Shown: positions 39,501 to 49,606, counted from the first letter of the stretch. The stretch is DNA of 64,000 nt from Aureitalea sp. L0-47 (GCF_026126405.1 NZ_JAFMTQ010000001.1:194610-258609); one strand, 5' to 3'. Made by a program: numbers and translations. Notes: generated by a model from the letters alone, not told the origin.

Positions 39501-39956
39501 ATGAGTGGAACATTGAATAAAGTAATGCTGATCGGGCATACGGGTGATGAGATAAAAATGCATTATTTCGAAGGAGGCGGGTGTATCGGAAGATTCCCAC
39601 TTGCAACAAACGAGACTTATACGAATAGGACAACGGGTGAACGCGTTTCCAACACGGAGTGGCACAATATAGTAATGCGAAACAAAGCGGCCGAGATCTG
39701 TGAAAAATATTTAAAAAAAGGGGATAAGATCTATATTGAAGGCCGTCTTAAAACCCGTAAATGGCAGGATGACCAGGGAAGAGACCGTTACAGCACAGAA
39801 GTACAGTGCACAGATTTTACATTCCTGACCCCTAAAACTGAAAGCGGTGGAATGCCGGAGCAGACGGCCGCAAATCAGCCGGTACAGCAGTCTGCACCAT
39901 CACAACCCCAAGTGGAAGAACCTATTGGGAAAGAGGATGACGATCTTCCATTTTAA
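39501..39956 (+). CDS. ssb: Single-stranded DNA-binding protein
   Basis: OB-fold, a Gln/Pro-rich linker, and the C-terminal EDDDLPF tip. Confidence 0.95.
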   Translation: MSGTLNKVMLIGHTGDEIKMHYFEGGGCIGRFPLATNETYTNRTTGERVSNTEWHNIVMRNKAAEICEKYLKKGDKIYIEGRLKTRKWQDDQGRDRYSTEVQCTDFTFLTPKTESGGMPEQTAANQPVQQSAPSQPQVEEPIGKEDDDLPF

Positions 39957-39976
39957 GTTGAATTAATACCCATGTC

Positions 39977-41308
39977 TTGGATATAGAGCCTCCTAGTTTA
40001 TTGCTCGCAGCCTTAGTGAATGTTACTCACATAGTTGGCATCGTATTTTTGGTGCTTTTACTGGTCTGTTCTGCAGTTATTTCCGGAGCTGAAGTGGCTT
40101 TCTTTTCCCTATCTACAACCGATTTTGAAACGAATGAGGATAAATCGCCTTCCAAAAGATTGGCAATTGTTAAGCGATTGCTCATGCGTCCAAAGAAATT
40201 GCTGGCGACCATATTGATCGCCAACAATTCCATAAACATTGCGATCGTTCTTTTATTCGAATCTTTGAGCACTGTTTGGTTCGCTGGTTGGGAATACACC
40301 ATTAATCTGTATTTCTTCGATGTAAGTGCAGTGTTCCTTTTAAAAATTGGCCTGGCAACCTTCCTTATTCTTTTATTCGGTGAGATATTACCCAAAGTAT
40401 ACGCCAGCAGGAACAATTTGAATTTCTCTCTGTTTATGGCCTATCCGCTAAATGTCCTGGACAGATTGTTTTCTCCTTTGAGCTTGCCAATGCGTTCGGC
40501 TACCATTTATATTGAAAATCGTTTTGGCAGACAAAAATCCGGAATTAGTGTGGACCAGCTTTCCCAGGCTCTCGAGCTTACCGATGACCGGGACACCACC
40601 AAGGAGGAGCAAAAGATCCTGCAGGGAATTGTGACCTTCGGAAATACAGATACTAAGCAAGTTATGAAGCCCCGGATGGAAATTTTTGCATTAAATGAGG
40701 AATCGAGTTATGAGGAAATCATGCCGGAGATAGTGGAAAACGGCTACTCTCGTATACCCGTGTACAAAGAAAATATAGACAATATCACGGGCATTCTTTA
40801 TGTAAAAGATCTCATGCCCCATATCGAAAAGAAGACATTCAAGTGGAACAAATTAATACGGGAGGCATATTTTGTGCCGGAAAACAAAAAGCTGGACGAT
40901 TTACTGAACGAGTTCAAGGACATGAAAATGCACCTGGCGATCGTAGTGGACGAATACGGGGGCACCAGTGGTCTTATCTCCCTGGAAGATATAATTGAAG
41001 AGATCGTAGGTGAGATCAGTGATGAATTTGATGATGAGGACCTGGTGTTCTCTAAACTCGACGACAATAATTTTGTGTTTGAAGGAAAAACCCCAATGAA
41101 GGATTTTTACCGCGTGATACAGCTGGAAGACAGTTCAATATTTGATGACGTAAAAGGTGAGGCGGAAACCCTGGCAGGTTTCCTGCTTGAAATAACCAAG
41201 GGATTCCCGAAAAAAGACGAAGTAATAAACTTTCACAATTATGCGTTCATTATTGAAGCGTTCGAACAACGTCGTATAAAACAAATTAAATTGTCCATTA
41301 ATCAATAG
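39977..41308 (+). CDS. gldE: Gliding motility protein GldE (CNNM-TM + CBS pair + CorC/HlyC)
   Basis: Domain order and size (443 aa). The ssb-gldE-gldD order is conserved in Flavobacteriia. Confidence 0.8.
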   Translation: MDIEPPSLLLAALVNVTHIVGIVFLVLLLVCSAVISGAEVAFFSLSTTDFETNEDKSPSKRLAIVKRLLMRPKKLLATILIANNSINIAIVLLFESLSTVWFAGWEYTINLYFFDVSAVFLLKIGLATFLILLFGEILPKVYASRNNLNFSLFMAYPLNVLDRLFSPLSLPMRSATIYIENRFGRQKSGISVDQLSQALELTDDRDTTKEEQKILQGIVTFGNTDTKQVMKPRMEIFALNEESSYEEIMPEIVENGYSRIPVYKENIDNITGILYVKDLMPHIEKKTFKWNKLIREAYFVPENKKLDDLLNEFKDMKMHLAIVVDEYGGTSGLISLEDIIEEIVGEISDEFDDEDLVFSKLDDNNFVFEGKTPMKDFYRVIQLEDSSIFDDVKGEAETLAGFLLEITKGFPKKDEVINFHNYAFIIEAFEQRRIKQIKLSINQ

Positions 41309-41309
41309 T

Positions 41310-41864
41310 ATGCGCATAATCCTGGCCCTCTCTGTTTTACTTATACTTGCCTCCTGTAATGATGATGTTGTGGTGAAGCCTGCTGCTATGCTCAGGTTGG
41401 AATATCCTGCTTCCGAATACAATAGGGTAGACCCCGATTGTCCCTACGGATTTGAGAAGAACAAACAGGCAGAACTCGTTTTAAAAGATAAATGCTGGAT
41501 GAACCTAACTTACCCCAAAATGAAGGCTACCATCTATCTTACCTACCAGCAGGTGAAGGACAACAATCTCGATTCCCTCCTCTATGACGCTCAAAAACTT
41601 ACCTACGATCATACTGTTAAAGCAGAAACCATACTCGAACAACCGCGTGTGGATTCTGTGAACAAGGTTTACGGAATGTTCTACATGATCAACGGAAATG
41701 CTGCCACCCAATCGCAATTCTATGTAACGGACAGCCTGAACCATTTCATCACCGGATCCCTCTATTTTGAAAGTAAACCGAAATTCGACTCCCTCTATCC
41801 GGCGGTTGTATACCTCAGAGAGGATATTAGGAGGATCATGGAGACAGTCTACTGGCGAAATTGA
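41310..41864 (+). CDS. gldD: Gliding motility lipoprotein GldD
   Basis: Lipobox LILASCND. 184 aa. Starts 2 nt after gldE. Confidence 0.75.
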   Translation: MRIILALSVLLILASCNDDVVVKPAAMLRLEYPASEYNRVDPDCPYGFEKNKQAELVLKDKCWMNLTYPKMKATIYLTYQQVKDNNLDSLLYDAQKLTYDHTVKAETILEQPRVDSVNKVYGMFYMINGNAATQSQFYVTDSLNHFITGSLYFESKPKFDSLYPAVVYLREDIRRIMETVYWRN

Positions 41865-41922
41865 TTTAACGGATACGACTATTTGAAAACTATATTCTGA
41901 AAAGATTCGGGATTCTACTTTA

Positions 41923-42855
41923 TTGCCGACTTTTGTTACTTCTTTAGGCGCTATGGGTAACATCAGGCTGAAATGGATCTATCTGATTCTACTTTCCATT
42001 ATCTGGGGAAGTTCCTTCATACTCATAAAGAAGGGTTTGGTAGGGCTTACGGATTATCAGCTCGGATCCCTCCGCATTGTGCTCACCTCCATTGTACTTT
42101 TCTCTGTAGGCTTCCGAAGTATTCGTGAAATCAAAAAGAAACACTGGGTGTGGGTGGCGATCTCAGGATTTGTGAGCTCCTTCTTTCCTCCGTTTCTATT
42201 CGCAATGGCGCAGAATCATATCGACAGTGGCGTTACTTCAATCCTGAATTCAATTACCCCGCTAAATACTGTACTCGTTGGTGCTTTACTATTCGCCATT
42301 GGGGTAACAAAAAGACAGTTATTGGGTGTAATTATTGGTTTCTTCGGAACCCTGCTGCTTATCTACGGCGGACTCAACCTGGAAAACATGGGAAAGGCCG
42401 GAGAATCACTAAGTGGCGAGTTTAATTATTGGTACAGCGGCCTGGTGCTACTCGCAACTATTGGGTATGCCCTGAACGTAAATATTATTAAAAAGTACCT
42501 GAACGATATAAGTGCACTTGCTGTTACGACGGGCAATTTTATATTCGTTTTTATTCCGGGTCTGGTAATTCTGTACTTTTCAGGCTTCTTCGAATCCATT
42601 CTCTCGTCTATAGAGATGCAGATATCCGCTGGATATGTCCTGATATTATCAGTTATCGGGACAGCCCTGGCCAAGGTTGTATTCAACAGAATGGTACAAA
42701 TATCAAGTCCGGTGTTTGCCTCCTCCGTCACTTACACTATGCCTATAGTGGCTGTAGCCTGGGGGGTGTTCGATGGGGAAACTTTCAGTTTCCTTCAAGT
42801 TATTGCTGCCGGGATAATTTTAGCAGGGGTTTACATGTCTAATAAACGCCAGTAA
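41923..42855 (+). CDS. EamA/DMT-family transporter (two EamA domains)
   Basis: Ten TM helices in a duplicated 5+5 arrangement. The start may instead be at MGNIRLKW (~41953). Confidence 0.7.
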   Translation: MPTFVTSLGAMGNIRLKWIYLILLSIIWGSSFILIKKGLVGLTDYQLGSLRIVLTSIVLFSVGFRSIREIKKKHWVWVAISGFVSSFFPPFLFAMAQNHIDSGVTSILNSITPLNTVLVGALLFAIGVTKRQLLGVIIGFFGTLLLIYGGLNLENMGKAGESLSGEFNYWYSGLVLLATIGYALNVNIIKKYLNDISALAVTTGNFIFVFIPGLVILYFSGFFESILSSIEMQISAGYVLILSVIGTALAKVVFNRMVQISSPVFASSVTYTMPIVAVAWGVFDGETFSFLQVIAAGIILAGVYMSNKRQ

Positions 42856-42882
42856 AACCAAGGGTTTATTTTTAGTAAACAA

Positions 42883-42913
42883 TTTGTAGATTAATTATTT
42901 AGAATTATATTTG
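42883..42913 (+). promoter_or_regulatory. Bacteroidetes sigma-A-type promoter (-33 TTTG, 19-nt spacer, -7 TATATTTG) for rplU-rpmA
   Basis: caaTTTGtagattaattatttagaatTATATTTGcacc lies about 65 nt upstream of rplU. Confidence 0.5.
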
Positions 42914-42977
42914 CACCCCTCTAAAGCAATAGAAAGCTATAGAGAAATTTAAAAACAAATTAATTAATCGATACGCT

Positions 42978-43700
42978 ATGTATGCAATTGTAGAGATAGC
43001 AGGGCAGCAATTTAAAGTTGCGAAAGATCAAAAGGTCTTTGTCAATCGATTGTCAACTGAAGAAGGAAAGAAAGTATCTTTCGACAATGTTCTTCTTATT
43101 GGCGATGGTGACAAGGTAACCGTTGGCGCCCCGGCTATAAACGGCGCTCAGGTTGGAGCAAAAGTCGTTCGTCACTTTAAAGGTGACAAAGTAATCGTTT
43201 TCAAAAAGAAACGTAGAAAAGGATACCGTGTAAAGAACGGACACCGTCAACCACTTTCTGAAATCGTGATTGAAAACATATTAGCTTCGGGTGCAAAGCC
43301 AGCAAAAAAGGCTGAACCAAAGAAAGAAGCTCCGAAAGCAAAAGCTGCTACCAAAAAGGCAGAGCCTAAAAAGCCAGCTGTAAAAGCTGCTGCTCCTAAG
43401 GCGGAACCTAAGGCAAAAGCACCTGCTAAAGCAGCCCCGAAGAAAGCTGCTTCTAAGAAGGATGACCTCAAAAAGATTGAAGGTATAGGCCCAAAGATCG
43501 CTGAGACCCTTACTGCTGCCGGAGTTGGAACTTTTGCGGAGCTAGCAAAGACCAAACCTGCCAAGATTTCAGAGATCATTTCTGGTGTGCGTGGAAACCA
43601 CGTACCTGATACCTGGCCAGAGCAGGCGAAACTCGCTGCTGATGGTAAGTGGGATGAACTTAAAGAATTACAAGACAAATTAGACGGAGGTAAAAAGTAA
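42978..43700 (+). CDS. rplU: Ribosomal protein L21 with ~135-aa C-terminal extension (lysine/alanine/proline-rich, H1-like, plus helix-hairpin-helix)
   Basis: N-terminal 100 aa are canonical L21 (MYAIVEIAGQQFKV...). Followed by KKAEPKK/AKAPAK repeats and IEGIGPKIAETLTAAGVGTFAELA. Confidence 0.9.
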   Translation: MYAIVEIAGQQFKVAKDQKVFVNRLSTEEGKKVSFDNVLLIGDGDKVTVGAPAINGAQVGAKVVRHFKGDKVIVFKKKRRKGYRVKNGHRQPLSEIVIENILASGAKPAKKAEPKKEAPKAKAATKKAEPKKPAVKAAAPKAEPKAKAPAKAAPKKAASKKDDLKKIEGIGPKIAETLTAAGVGTFAELAKTKPAKISEIISGVRGNHVPDTWPEQAKLAADGKWDELKELQDKLDGGKK

Positions 43701-43734
43701 GCCTTCAGGAATAACAAAATAAACCCTTTCAATT

Positions 43735-43998
43735 ATGGCACATAAAAAAGGAGTAGGTAGTTCGAAGAACGGACGTGAGTCCGAATCGAAACGACTGGGC
43801 GTTAAGATCTTTGGTGGTCAGGCAGCTATTGCCGGTAACATCATCGTGCGCCAACGTGGAATGCAACATCACCCTGCGGAAAATGTCTACGCCGGGAAAG
43901 ACTTTACCCTTCACGCAAAAGTGGATGGTGTAGTACAGTTCGCTAAGAAAAAGAACAACAAATCTTACGTAAGTGTGGTCCCTCACGCTGAAGCGTAA
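43735..43998 (+). CDS. rpmA: Ribosomal protein L27
   Basis: [24 protein letters not shown]. Confidence 0.95.
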   Translation: MAHKKGVGSSKNGRESESKRLGVKIFGGQAAIAGNIIVRQRGMQHHPAENVYAGKDFTLHAKVDGVVQFAKKKNNKSYVSVVPHAEA

Positions 43999-44016
43999 TG
44001 ATAAATGTATAATTGA

Positions 44017-44047
44017 AAAACCCCGACCAATTGGTCGGGGTTTTTTG
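44017..44047. terminator. Bidirectional rho-independent terminator (serves rpmA and the convergent TM2 gene)
   Basis: aaaaaccccgaccaattggtcggggtttttt. Confidence 0.85.
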
Positions 44048-44067
44048 TTTTACACGGGAATAATACA

Positions 44068-44400
44068 TCAATAAGTTCCTGTGATAATCTGGATTCCATC
44101 CACAAGCCACCATACTCCAAGACCACCTAGGGTGACTATAAAGAGTATGTTCCAGCCAACAGGGCTTCCCAGGTACCATCGGTGACCTGCTGCCCATCCT
44201 AAAAAGAACCACAACAACAAGGATACTAAAAGTTCATCACCCAACGCCGAGGCAGCCGGAGATTCGAGTACCACTTCTGAAGTATCATGCTCTGATACCT
44301 GAGCCGAAGATTGTACTGTTCTTTCCACAGGGAACGATGCAAACATCGGACTTGAGCAAAGCACAAAAATGAGGGCCGACAGGACAATTTTTAATTTCAT
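44068..44400 (-). CDS. TM2-domain protein with cleavable signal peptide
   Basis: The GHRWYLG...G.....T.GG.G.WW..D pattern of the TM2 family. Confidence 0.7.
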   Translation of the reverse strand: MKLKIVLSALIFVLCSSPMFASFPVERTVQSSAQVSEHDTSEVVLESPAASALGDELLVSLLLWFFLGWAAGHRWYLGSPVGWNILFIVTLGGLGVWWLVDGIQIITGTY

Positions 44401-44450
44401 AAATGAACAGATTTATGGTTATACTTGTATACCTTAAAGATAGCTTTTTA

Positions 44451-45329
44451 ATGCGTTTAAATACAAAACTTTTAATTTTAGCGCTGCTTGCATTTATAAC
44501 TACCTCTGCTCAAGAGGATTATGAGTATATCGGAGCAATTAAGTTAAATGACACTTCGTTTATTTCGTACAAAATTAACTTCAATGAAAACGACGGTTTA
44601 ATACAAGGATACTCCATTACCGACCTTGGAGGCTCTCATGAAACCATGTCCTATCTTTCGGGATCTTTCGATTCAGAGAAGGATGAAATAGAGTTTTATG
44701 AAAGTGGTATTATTTATACCAAGTCATACATCACCCAGAATGATTTCTGTTATGTTCATTTTGCGGGGAGGTTAAAAAGACTGGATGATCGACAGGGTAT
44801 TCAAGGCTCTTTCAAAGGTTTATATGACAATGGGGAATCCTGTATTAACGGTTCCATTGAAATGCTAAATTTCAGGAAGGTCCTGAGACGAGCGAAACGC
44901 CTGGATAAGAAAATCGATCGCACTATTCTGATCAGTAAAGAAAAGCGCGATAAGGTAAACCTCGTAAATGAACTTGAGCGTACAAAAATAAATATGCTCA
45001 AGAAGGACGAGGTGTTGAATGTATTTACGAATGATACTGAAATCAAACTTCGCCTTTACGATGCCGGACAGGAAGATGGCGATCGTATATCACTATATAT
45101 CAATGACAGCTTGTTATTGGATAATTATACTGTGAGCAATACACCTAAGGAGATTAGTGTCACAGTAGAAGAACCGCAAACGACCTTACTCATCCAGGCT
45201 TTGAATGCCGGTACCGTTGGTGGAAATACTGTAAAACTGGAGCTCGTACTTGATGAATCTACGGTAGTCGATGCTTTAACCAATCTAAAAGAAGGAGAGA
45301 AGGCTACCCTGGTGTTGAGGAAACGATAA
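44451..45329 (+). CDS. Hypothetical secreted protein
   Basis: Signal peptide MRLNTKLLILALLAFITTSAQ. No recognisable domain. Confidence 0.5.
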   Translation: MRLNTKLLILALLAFITTSAQEDYEYIGAIKLNDTSFISYKINFNENDGLIQGYSITDLGGSHETMSYLSGSFDSEKDEIEFYESGIIYTKSYITQNDFCYVHFAGRLKRLDDRQGIQGSFKGLYDNGESCINGSIEMLNFRKVLRRAKRLDKKIDRTILISKEKRDKVNLVNELERTKINMLKKDEVLNVFTNDTEIKLRLYDAGQEDGDRISLYINDSLLLDNYTVSNTPKEISVTVEEPQTTLLIQALNAGTVGGNTVKLELVLDESTVVDALTNLKEGEKATLVLRKR

Positions 45330-45466
45330 GGAAACAAGAAACCCCCATCTTCCCTTCGATAAGCTCAGGGACCAAATGAGGGTCTAATATTTTATGTTCA
45401 TTTATCAAGTAGATGCTGAATCATGCTTCGACAAGGCTCAGCACATGAGTTCAGCATGACAAGATT

Positions 45467-46777
45467 CTAGTATCTGTAATACTCCGGCTTGTAGGGCCCT
45501 TCAACCTTTACACCAATGTACTCAGCTTGCTCGTCACGAAGTTCGGTAAGCTCAACACCAATTTTCTCGAGGTGTAGCTTAGCCACTTTTTCGTCCAGGT
45601 GCTTCGGAAGCATATATACTTTGTTTTCGTATTTATCGCTGTTGTTCCAAAGCTCGAGCTGAGCAAGAGTTTGGTTGGTGAAAGAGTTACTCATTACAAA
45701 ACTCGGGTGACCTGTGGCGCATCCAAGATTTACCAGTCGTCCTTCAGCAAGAAGAATGATGTCCTTACCATTTACATCGTACTTGTCCACCTGAGGTTTG
45801 ATCTCCACTTTTGGGTGGTTATTGTTCAACCATGCCACGTCGATCTCGTTGTCGAAGTGCCCGATATTACATACTATAGCTTTGTCCTTCATCGCCTCGA
45901 AATGACGACCCTGGATAATGTCCTTATTTCCTGTGGTAGTAATGAAGATGTCGGCTTTTTCAACAACCGATTCCAGTCGCTTCACCTCAAATCCGTCCAT
46001 GGCTGCCTGAAGCGCACAGATCGGATCGATCTCCGTAACAGTTACAATAGAACCTGCTCCACGGAAAGAGGCAGCTGTTCCTTTTCCAACATCACCGTAA
46101 CCACACACAACCACTCGTTTACCGGCGAGCATTACGTCTGTAGCGCGACGAATAGCATCTACGGCACTTTCTTTACATCCGTATTTGTTGTCGAATTTCG
46201 ACTTGGTCACACTGTCGTTAACATTGATAGCAGGCATAACCAGTGTACCATTCTTCATTCTGTCGTACAGTCTGTGTACCCCGGTTGTGGTTTCTTCTGA
46301 AAGTCCTTTAATACCTGAAGCAAGTTCAGGGTATTTGTCGAAAACCATATTGGTTAGATCACCACCATCGTCCAGGATCATGTTCAGTGGTTCACGCTCT
46401 TCACCAAAGAAAAGTGTTTGCTCGATACACCAGTCGAATTCCTCTTCTGTCATCCCTTTCCAGGCATACACAGGAATACCGGCAGCGGCGATAGCAGCAG
46501 CGGCGTGGTCCTGGGTTGAGAAGATATTACAGGAACTCCAGGTAACATCGGCACCGAGTTCAATAAGGGTTTCGATAAGAACCGCGGTCTGGATGGTCAT
46601 GTGCAGGCATCCGGCGATTCGCGCTCCTTTCAATGGTTTTTGATCCTTGTATTCTTCACGTAGCGACATGAGGCCGGGCATTTCAGCTTCGGCCAATTCG
46701 ATCTCTTTACGTCCCCAGTCGGCCAGGGAAATATCTTTTACTTTGTAGGCTACGTAAGGCACAGTATTCGTTGACAT
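45467..46777 (-). CDS. ahcY: Adenosylhomocysteinase
   Basis: NAD-binding motif [12 protein letters not shown]. 436 aa. The sequence is typical SAHH throughout. Confidence 0.95.
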   Translation of the reverse strand: MSTNTVPYVAYKVKDISLADWGRKEIELAEAEMPGLMSLREEYKDQKPLKGARIAGCLHMTIQTAVLIETLIELGADVTWSSCNIFSTQDHAAAAIAAAGIPVYAWKGMTEEEFDWCIEQTLFFGEEREPLNMILDDGGDLTNMVFDKYPELASGIKGLSEETTTGVHRLYDRMKNGTLVMPAINVNDSVTKSKFDNKYGCKESAVDAIRRATDVMLAGKRVVVCGYGDVGKGTAASFRGAGSIVTVTEIDPICALQAAMDGFEVKRLESVVEKADIFITTTGNKDIIQGRHFEAMKDKAIVCNIGHFDNEIDVAWLNNNHPKVEIKPQVDKYDVNGKDIILLAEGRLVNLGCATGHPSFVMSNSFTNQTLAQLELWNNSDKYENKVYMLPKHLDEKVAKLHLEKIGVELTELRDEQAEYIGVKVEGPYKPEYYRY

Positions 46778-46854
46778 ATTACTATCTTTGATTTATCAAT
46801 TTTACTTCCGAAATATTTCGGTCTGCAAAAATACGTAATATCCCTTACATATTA

Positions 46855-47493
46855 ATGCCGCTTTACAAAACTATAACAGTGAACGAAGGGACTAAGGTCC
46901 TCATTTGGAAGATAGAAGAATCCTTTGAAGCCCTTTCAGAAGGAATTGTTTTAACTGAAAACTGTCGGCAACGGGTTGATGGGATGAAAAGTGACCTGCA
47001 CCGAAGGGGTTTTATGAGTATTCGTCATTTATTAGCTGCTGAAGGCTATACGGACCATGACCTCTACTACGATGAGAATGGTAAACCTCACCTAACCGAT
47101 AATAAATTCATTTCCATTACCCATTCATTTATCTTTTCAGCAATAATCATCGGATCCGAGGAAGTAGGTATCGATATTGAAAAGCAACGTCCGAAGATCT
47201 TAAGAATAGCCCATAAATTCACACCTATCGAAGAATACCGCCATCTCGAAAATGATGAGCTGATCATGCGTAAACTCACCATGGTATGGGGCGCTAAAGA
47301 AAGCCTGTATAAAAGTTTTGCAGCTCCTGGTCTGAGTTTTTTGCAACATATCTACGTAGAGGAATTCGATATGGAAGACCTGTTTACCTCGGCCTTTGTG
47401 TCGTTTAATGGAAAAGAACAGGCGTATGATGTAAATATGCTCGAATTCGAAGGATTCACCTGCGCCTACGCCTTACTTTCTGAAGCTAGCTAA
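46855..47493 (+). CDS. 4'-phosphopantetheinyl transferase (Sfp/ACPS superfamily)
   Basis: GIDIE and WGAKESLYK motifs. Confidence 0.7.
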   Translation: MPLYKTITVNEGTKVLIWKIEESFEALSEGIVLTENCRQRVDGMKSDLHRRGFMSIRHLLAAEGYTDHDLYYDENGKPHLTDNKFISITHSFIFSAIIIGSEEVGIDIEKQRPKILRIAHKFTPIEEYRHLENDELIMRKLTMVWGAKESLYKSFAAPGLSFLQHIYVEEFDMEDLFTSAFVSFNGKEQAYDVNMLEFEGFTCAYALLSEAS

Positions 47494-48194
47494 TGAAGAT
47501 TCAAAAAACCTACAAAGCCATATTGGATGCCTCTGAGAAAAACCAGAAGTTACTGGCAGTATTGCTGGATCCTGAGAAGTTCGACCTGGAAAAAACTGCA
47601 GAATTCTTAAGAAGATTGCCTTCAGAAACCACCCACATCTTCGTTGGAGGAAGCACGGTGCCGGAAGGGCAGACACAGGAACTGGTGAATGCAATTAAAC
47701 TGCATACATCCCGTCCTGTGGTGCTGTTTCCAGGGGATGTGAGTCAGATATCAAAAAATGCAGATGCCTTGTTGTTTTTGTCACTTTTTTCGGGTGCTAA
47801 TCCTGAATACCTGGTACATCAGCAAATTAAAGCGGTTCCTTTGCTTCGTTCCATCGACCTTGAAGTGATTCCTACGGGCTATATCCTTGTGGATGGTGGA
47901 AATGATTCGGCTGTTTCGGTAGTGACGAAAACCCATCCGATTTCACAAAGTGAACCGGGACGTATTGTAGATACCGCTGTGGCGGCAGAACTTACGGGCA
48001 AGAAACTCATCTATCTCGAAGCAGGAAGTGGTGCCTTAACTCCTGTACGGGCAGAGATCATTTCAGCAGTAAAAAAAGAATTGCAAATCCCTTTAATCGT
48101 TGGTGGGGGAATCCGGACCAAAGAGCAATTGAAAGCCGCTTATGAAGCAGGAGCCGATATGGTTGTAATGGGAACAGCGTTTGAAACAAATTAA
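47493..48194 (+). CDS. Geranylgeranylglyceryl-phosphate-synthase-family (PcrB-like) TIM-barrel protein
   Basis: LLDPEK...VGGS...GGGIRT..., typical of the GGGPS/PcrB family. ATG overlaps the PPTase stop. Confidence 0.65.
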   Translation: MKIQKTYKAILDASEKNQKLLAVLLDPEKFDLEKTAEFLRRLPSETTHIFVGGSTVPEGQTQELVNAIKLHTSRPVVLFPGDVSQISKNADALLFLSLFSGANPEYLVHQQIKAVPLLRSIDLEVIPTGYILVDGGNDSAVSVVTKTHPISQSEPGRIVDTAVAAELTGKKLIYLEAGSGALTPVRAEIISAVKKELQIPLIVGGGIRTKEQLKAAYEAGADMVVMGTAFETN

Positions 48195-48205
48195 TTTATT
48201 AATCG

Positions 48206-48466
48206 ATGAAGATATCTGTTGAACTTACCCTTTCACCCTTGCAGGACGACTTCGAACCTGCGATCATTAACTTTATTAAAGCAATGCGATCGAGCGGTTT
48301 TAGAGTGCTGGAGAATCCGTTGAGCACCCAGGTATATGGAGACTACGACGAACTTATGGGGTTTCTAACTTCGGAAATGAAAACAGCTTTGAACGCCATC
48401 GACAATGGGCTTATCCACATGAAAATCGTTAAAACAGATCGAAGCGATTATGAACCACATTTTTGA
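48206..48466 (+). CDS. Small ferredoxin-fold protein, possibly MTH1187/YkoF-like (thiamine-binding family)
   Basis: 86 aa. The beta-alpha-beta pattern and size fit the family. This is a weak assignment made from sequence memory only. The gene overlaps the PnuC-type transporter start. Confidence 0.3.
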   Translation: MKISVELTLSPLQDDFEPAIINFIKAMRSSGFRVLENPLSTQVYGDYDELMGFLTSEMKTALNAIDNGLIHMKIVKTDRSDYEPHF

Positions 48467-49082
48467 GTTTTTCCTTGAACCCTATTACCAGCGTGAGAGC
48501 TACTTAATTGTGCTGGAAGCCATTGCGTTTGTTTTTGGTATTGCCAGTGTGGTGTATGCCAAAAGACGAAACATCCAGGTATACCCAACCGGGTTGATCG
48601 CTACCACAATTACCGTATACCTGTTTCTGCATGACGAACTCATGGGGGATATGATGATGAATTTTTACTATTCTGTCATGAGTATCTATGGCTGGTGGAA
48701 TTGGGCGAGAAAGAAAGACGGAAAACTCGTGGTGCCCGTCTCCCGAACCAATCTGAGGGAAAAAATCATTGGTTTTGGACTCTTTTTACTTACTATGGCG
48801 GTGACCTACGGGGTGTATACAGCCTACGGAACCGAGATCGGGCCCGGTAATTATATCGACATCTTCACTTCCGGAGTGTTTTTTACCGCCATGTGGTATA
48901 TGGCGAATAAGAAACTGGAAAACTGGACGCTTTGGATATTCGCAGATATAATTACCGTGCCTTTATATGCATACCGTGGATGGGGAATGTTGTCCCTACA
49001 ATACCTTATTTTTACAGTCCTGGCTATCCAGGGATATTTAGCATGGAAGAAACACTTAGACAAGCACCCGCAAACTGCCTGA
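48450..49082 (+). CDS. pnuC: PnuC-family nicotinamide riboside (or related vitamin) transporter
   Basis: Seven to eight TM helices with the PnuC signature W.NW and a conserved N-terminus. 210 aa. Confidence 0.75.
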   Translation: MNHIFEFFLEPYYQRESYLIVLEAIAFVFGIASVVYAKRRNIQVYPTGLIATTITVYLFLHDELMGDMMMNFYYSVMSIYGWWNWARKKDGKLVVPVSRTNLREKIIGFGLFLLTMAVTYGVYTAYGTEIGPGNYIDIFTSGVFFTAMWYMANKKLENWTLWIFADIITVPLYAYRGWGMLSLQYLIFTVLAIQGYLAWKKHLDKHPQTA

Positions 49083-49606
49083 AAATAGTTTTTTTCGGTC
49101 CGGAATCTACTGGAAAGACTACCCTGGCAACTGAACTGGCGAGGTATTTCAATACCGAATGGGTCCCTGAGTTTATGCGTGACTACCTTCAGGAAAAGTG
49201 GGATGAAAAAGGGGAGAAAATAGGCTGGGAAGATCTCATACCTATCGCCCGGGGCCAGATAGCTTCAGAAAATAACAAAGCTCAAAAAGCGAATAAAGTA
49301 CTCTTCTGCGATACCGATCTCAGGGAACTACAGGTGTACTCAGAATATTACAATAACGGTAAGTGCCCTTCCGAAATAAGAAAGGCGGTTGAAGCCAATC
49401 ATTACGACTTGTATTTTCTTACCTTCGTGGATACACCTTGGGTGGCGGACGACTTACGCGATAATCCTGAAGACCGATTGGGCATATTTCGTAATTTTGA
49501 GAACGAATTGAAATCGAAAGGACTTCCTTATCACTTACTGCGGGGAAGCAAAGAAGAGCGCATAAAAAGCGCTATTGAATTAACTGAAAAATTAGTAGGG
49601 AGATAA
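49043..49606 (+). CDS. NadR-C-terminal-type P-loop kinase (ribosylnicotinamide-kinase-like AAA_28 domain) without HTH or NMNAT domains
   Basis: KIVFFGPESTGKTTLATELA Walker A and LFCDTDL Walker B. Overlaps the PnuC-type gene's 3' end in another frame. Confidence 0.7.
   Translation: MEETLRQAPANCLKIVFFGPESTGKTTLATELARYFNTEWVPEFMRDYLQEKWDEKGEKIGWEDLIPIARGQIASENNKAQKANKVLFCDTDLRELQVYSEYYNNGKCPSEIRKAVEANHYDLYFLTFVDTPWVADDLRDNPEDRLGIFRNFENELKSKGLPYHLLRGSKEERIKSAIELTEKLVGR

Noticed and set aside
43247-43732. 161-aa minus-strand ORF antisense to the L21 extension
   Set aside because: The translation is an A/F/G-rich mirror image of the lysine/alanine/proline-rich sense frame. This is the classic low-complexity antisense artefact.
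45599-46300. 233-aa plus-strand ORF inside ahcY
   Set aside because: Antisense to adenosylhomocysteinase, which is unambiguous.
46778-46854. Possible SAH or SAM-II riboswitch upstream of ahcY
   Set aside because: The leader is only ~77 nt and lacks the conserved pseudoknot or consensus elements of either class. Only a short palindrome is present, and it is reported separately as a candidate operator.
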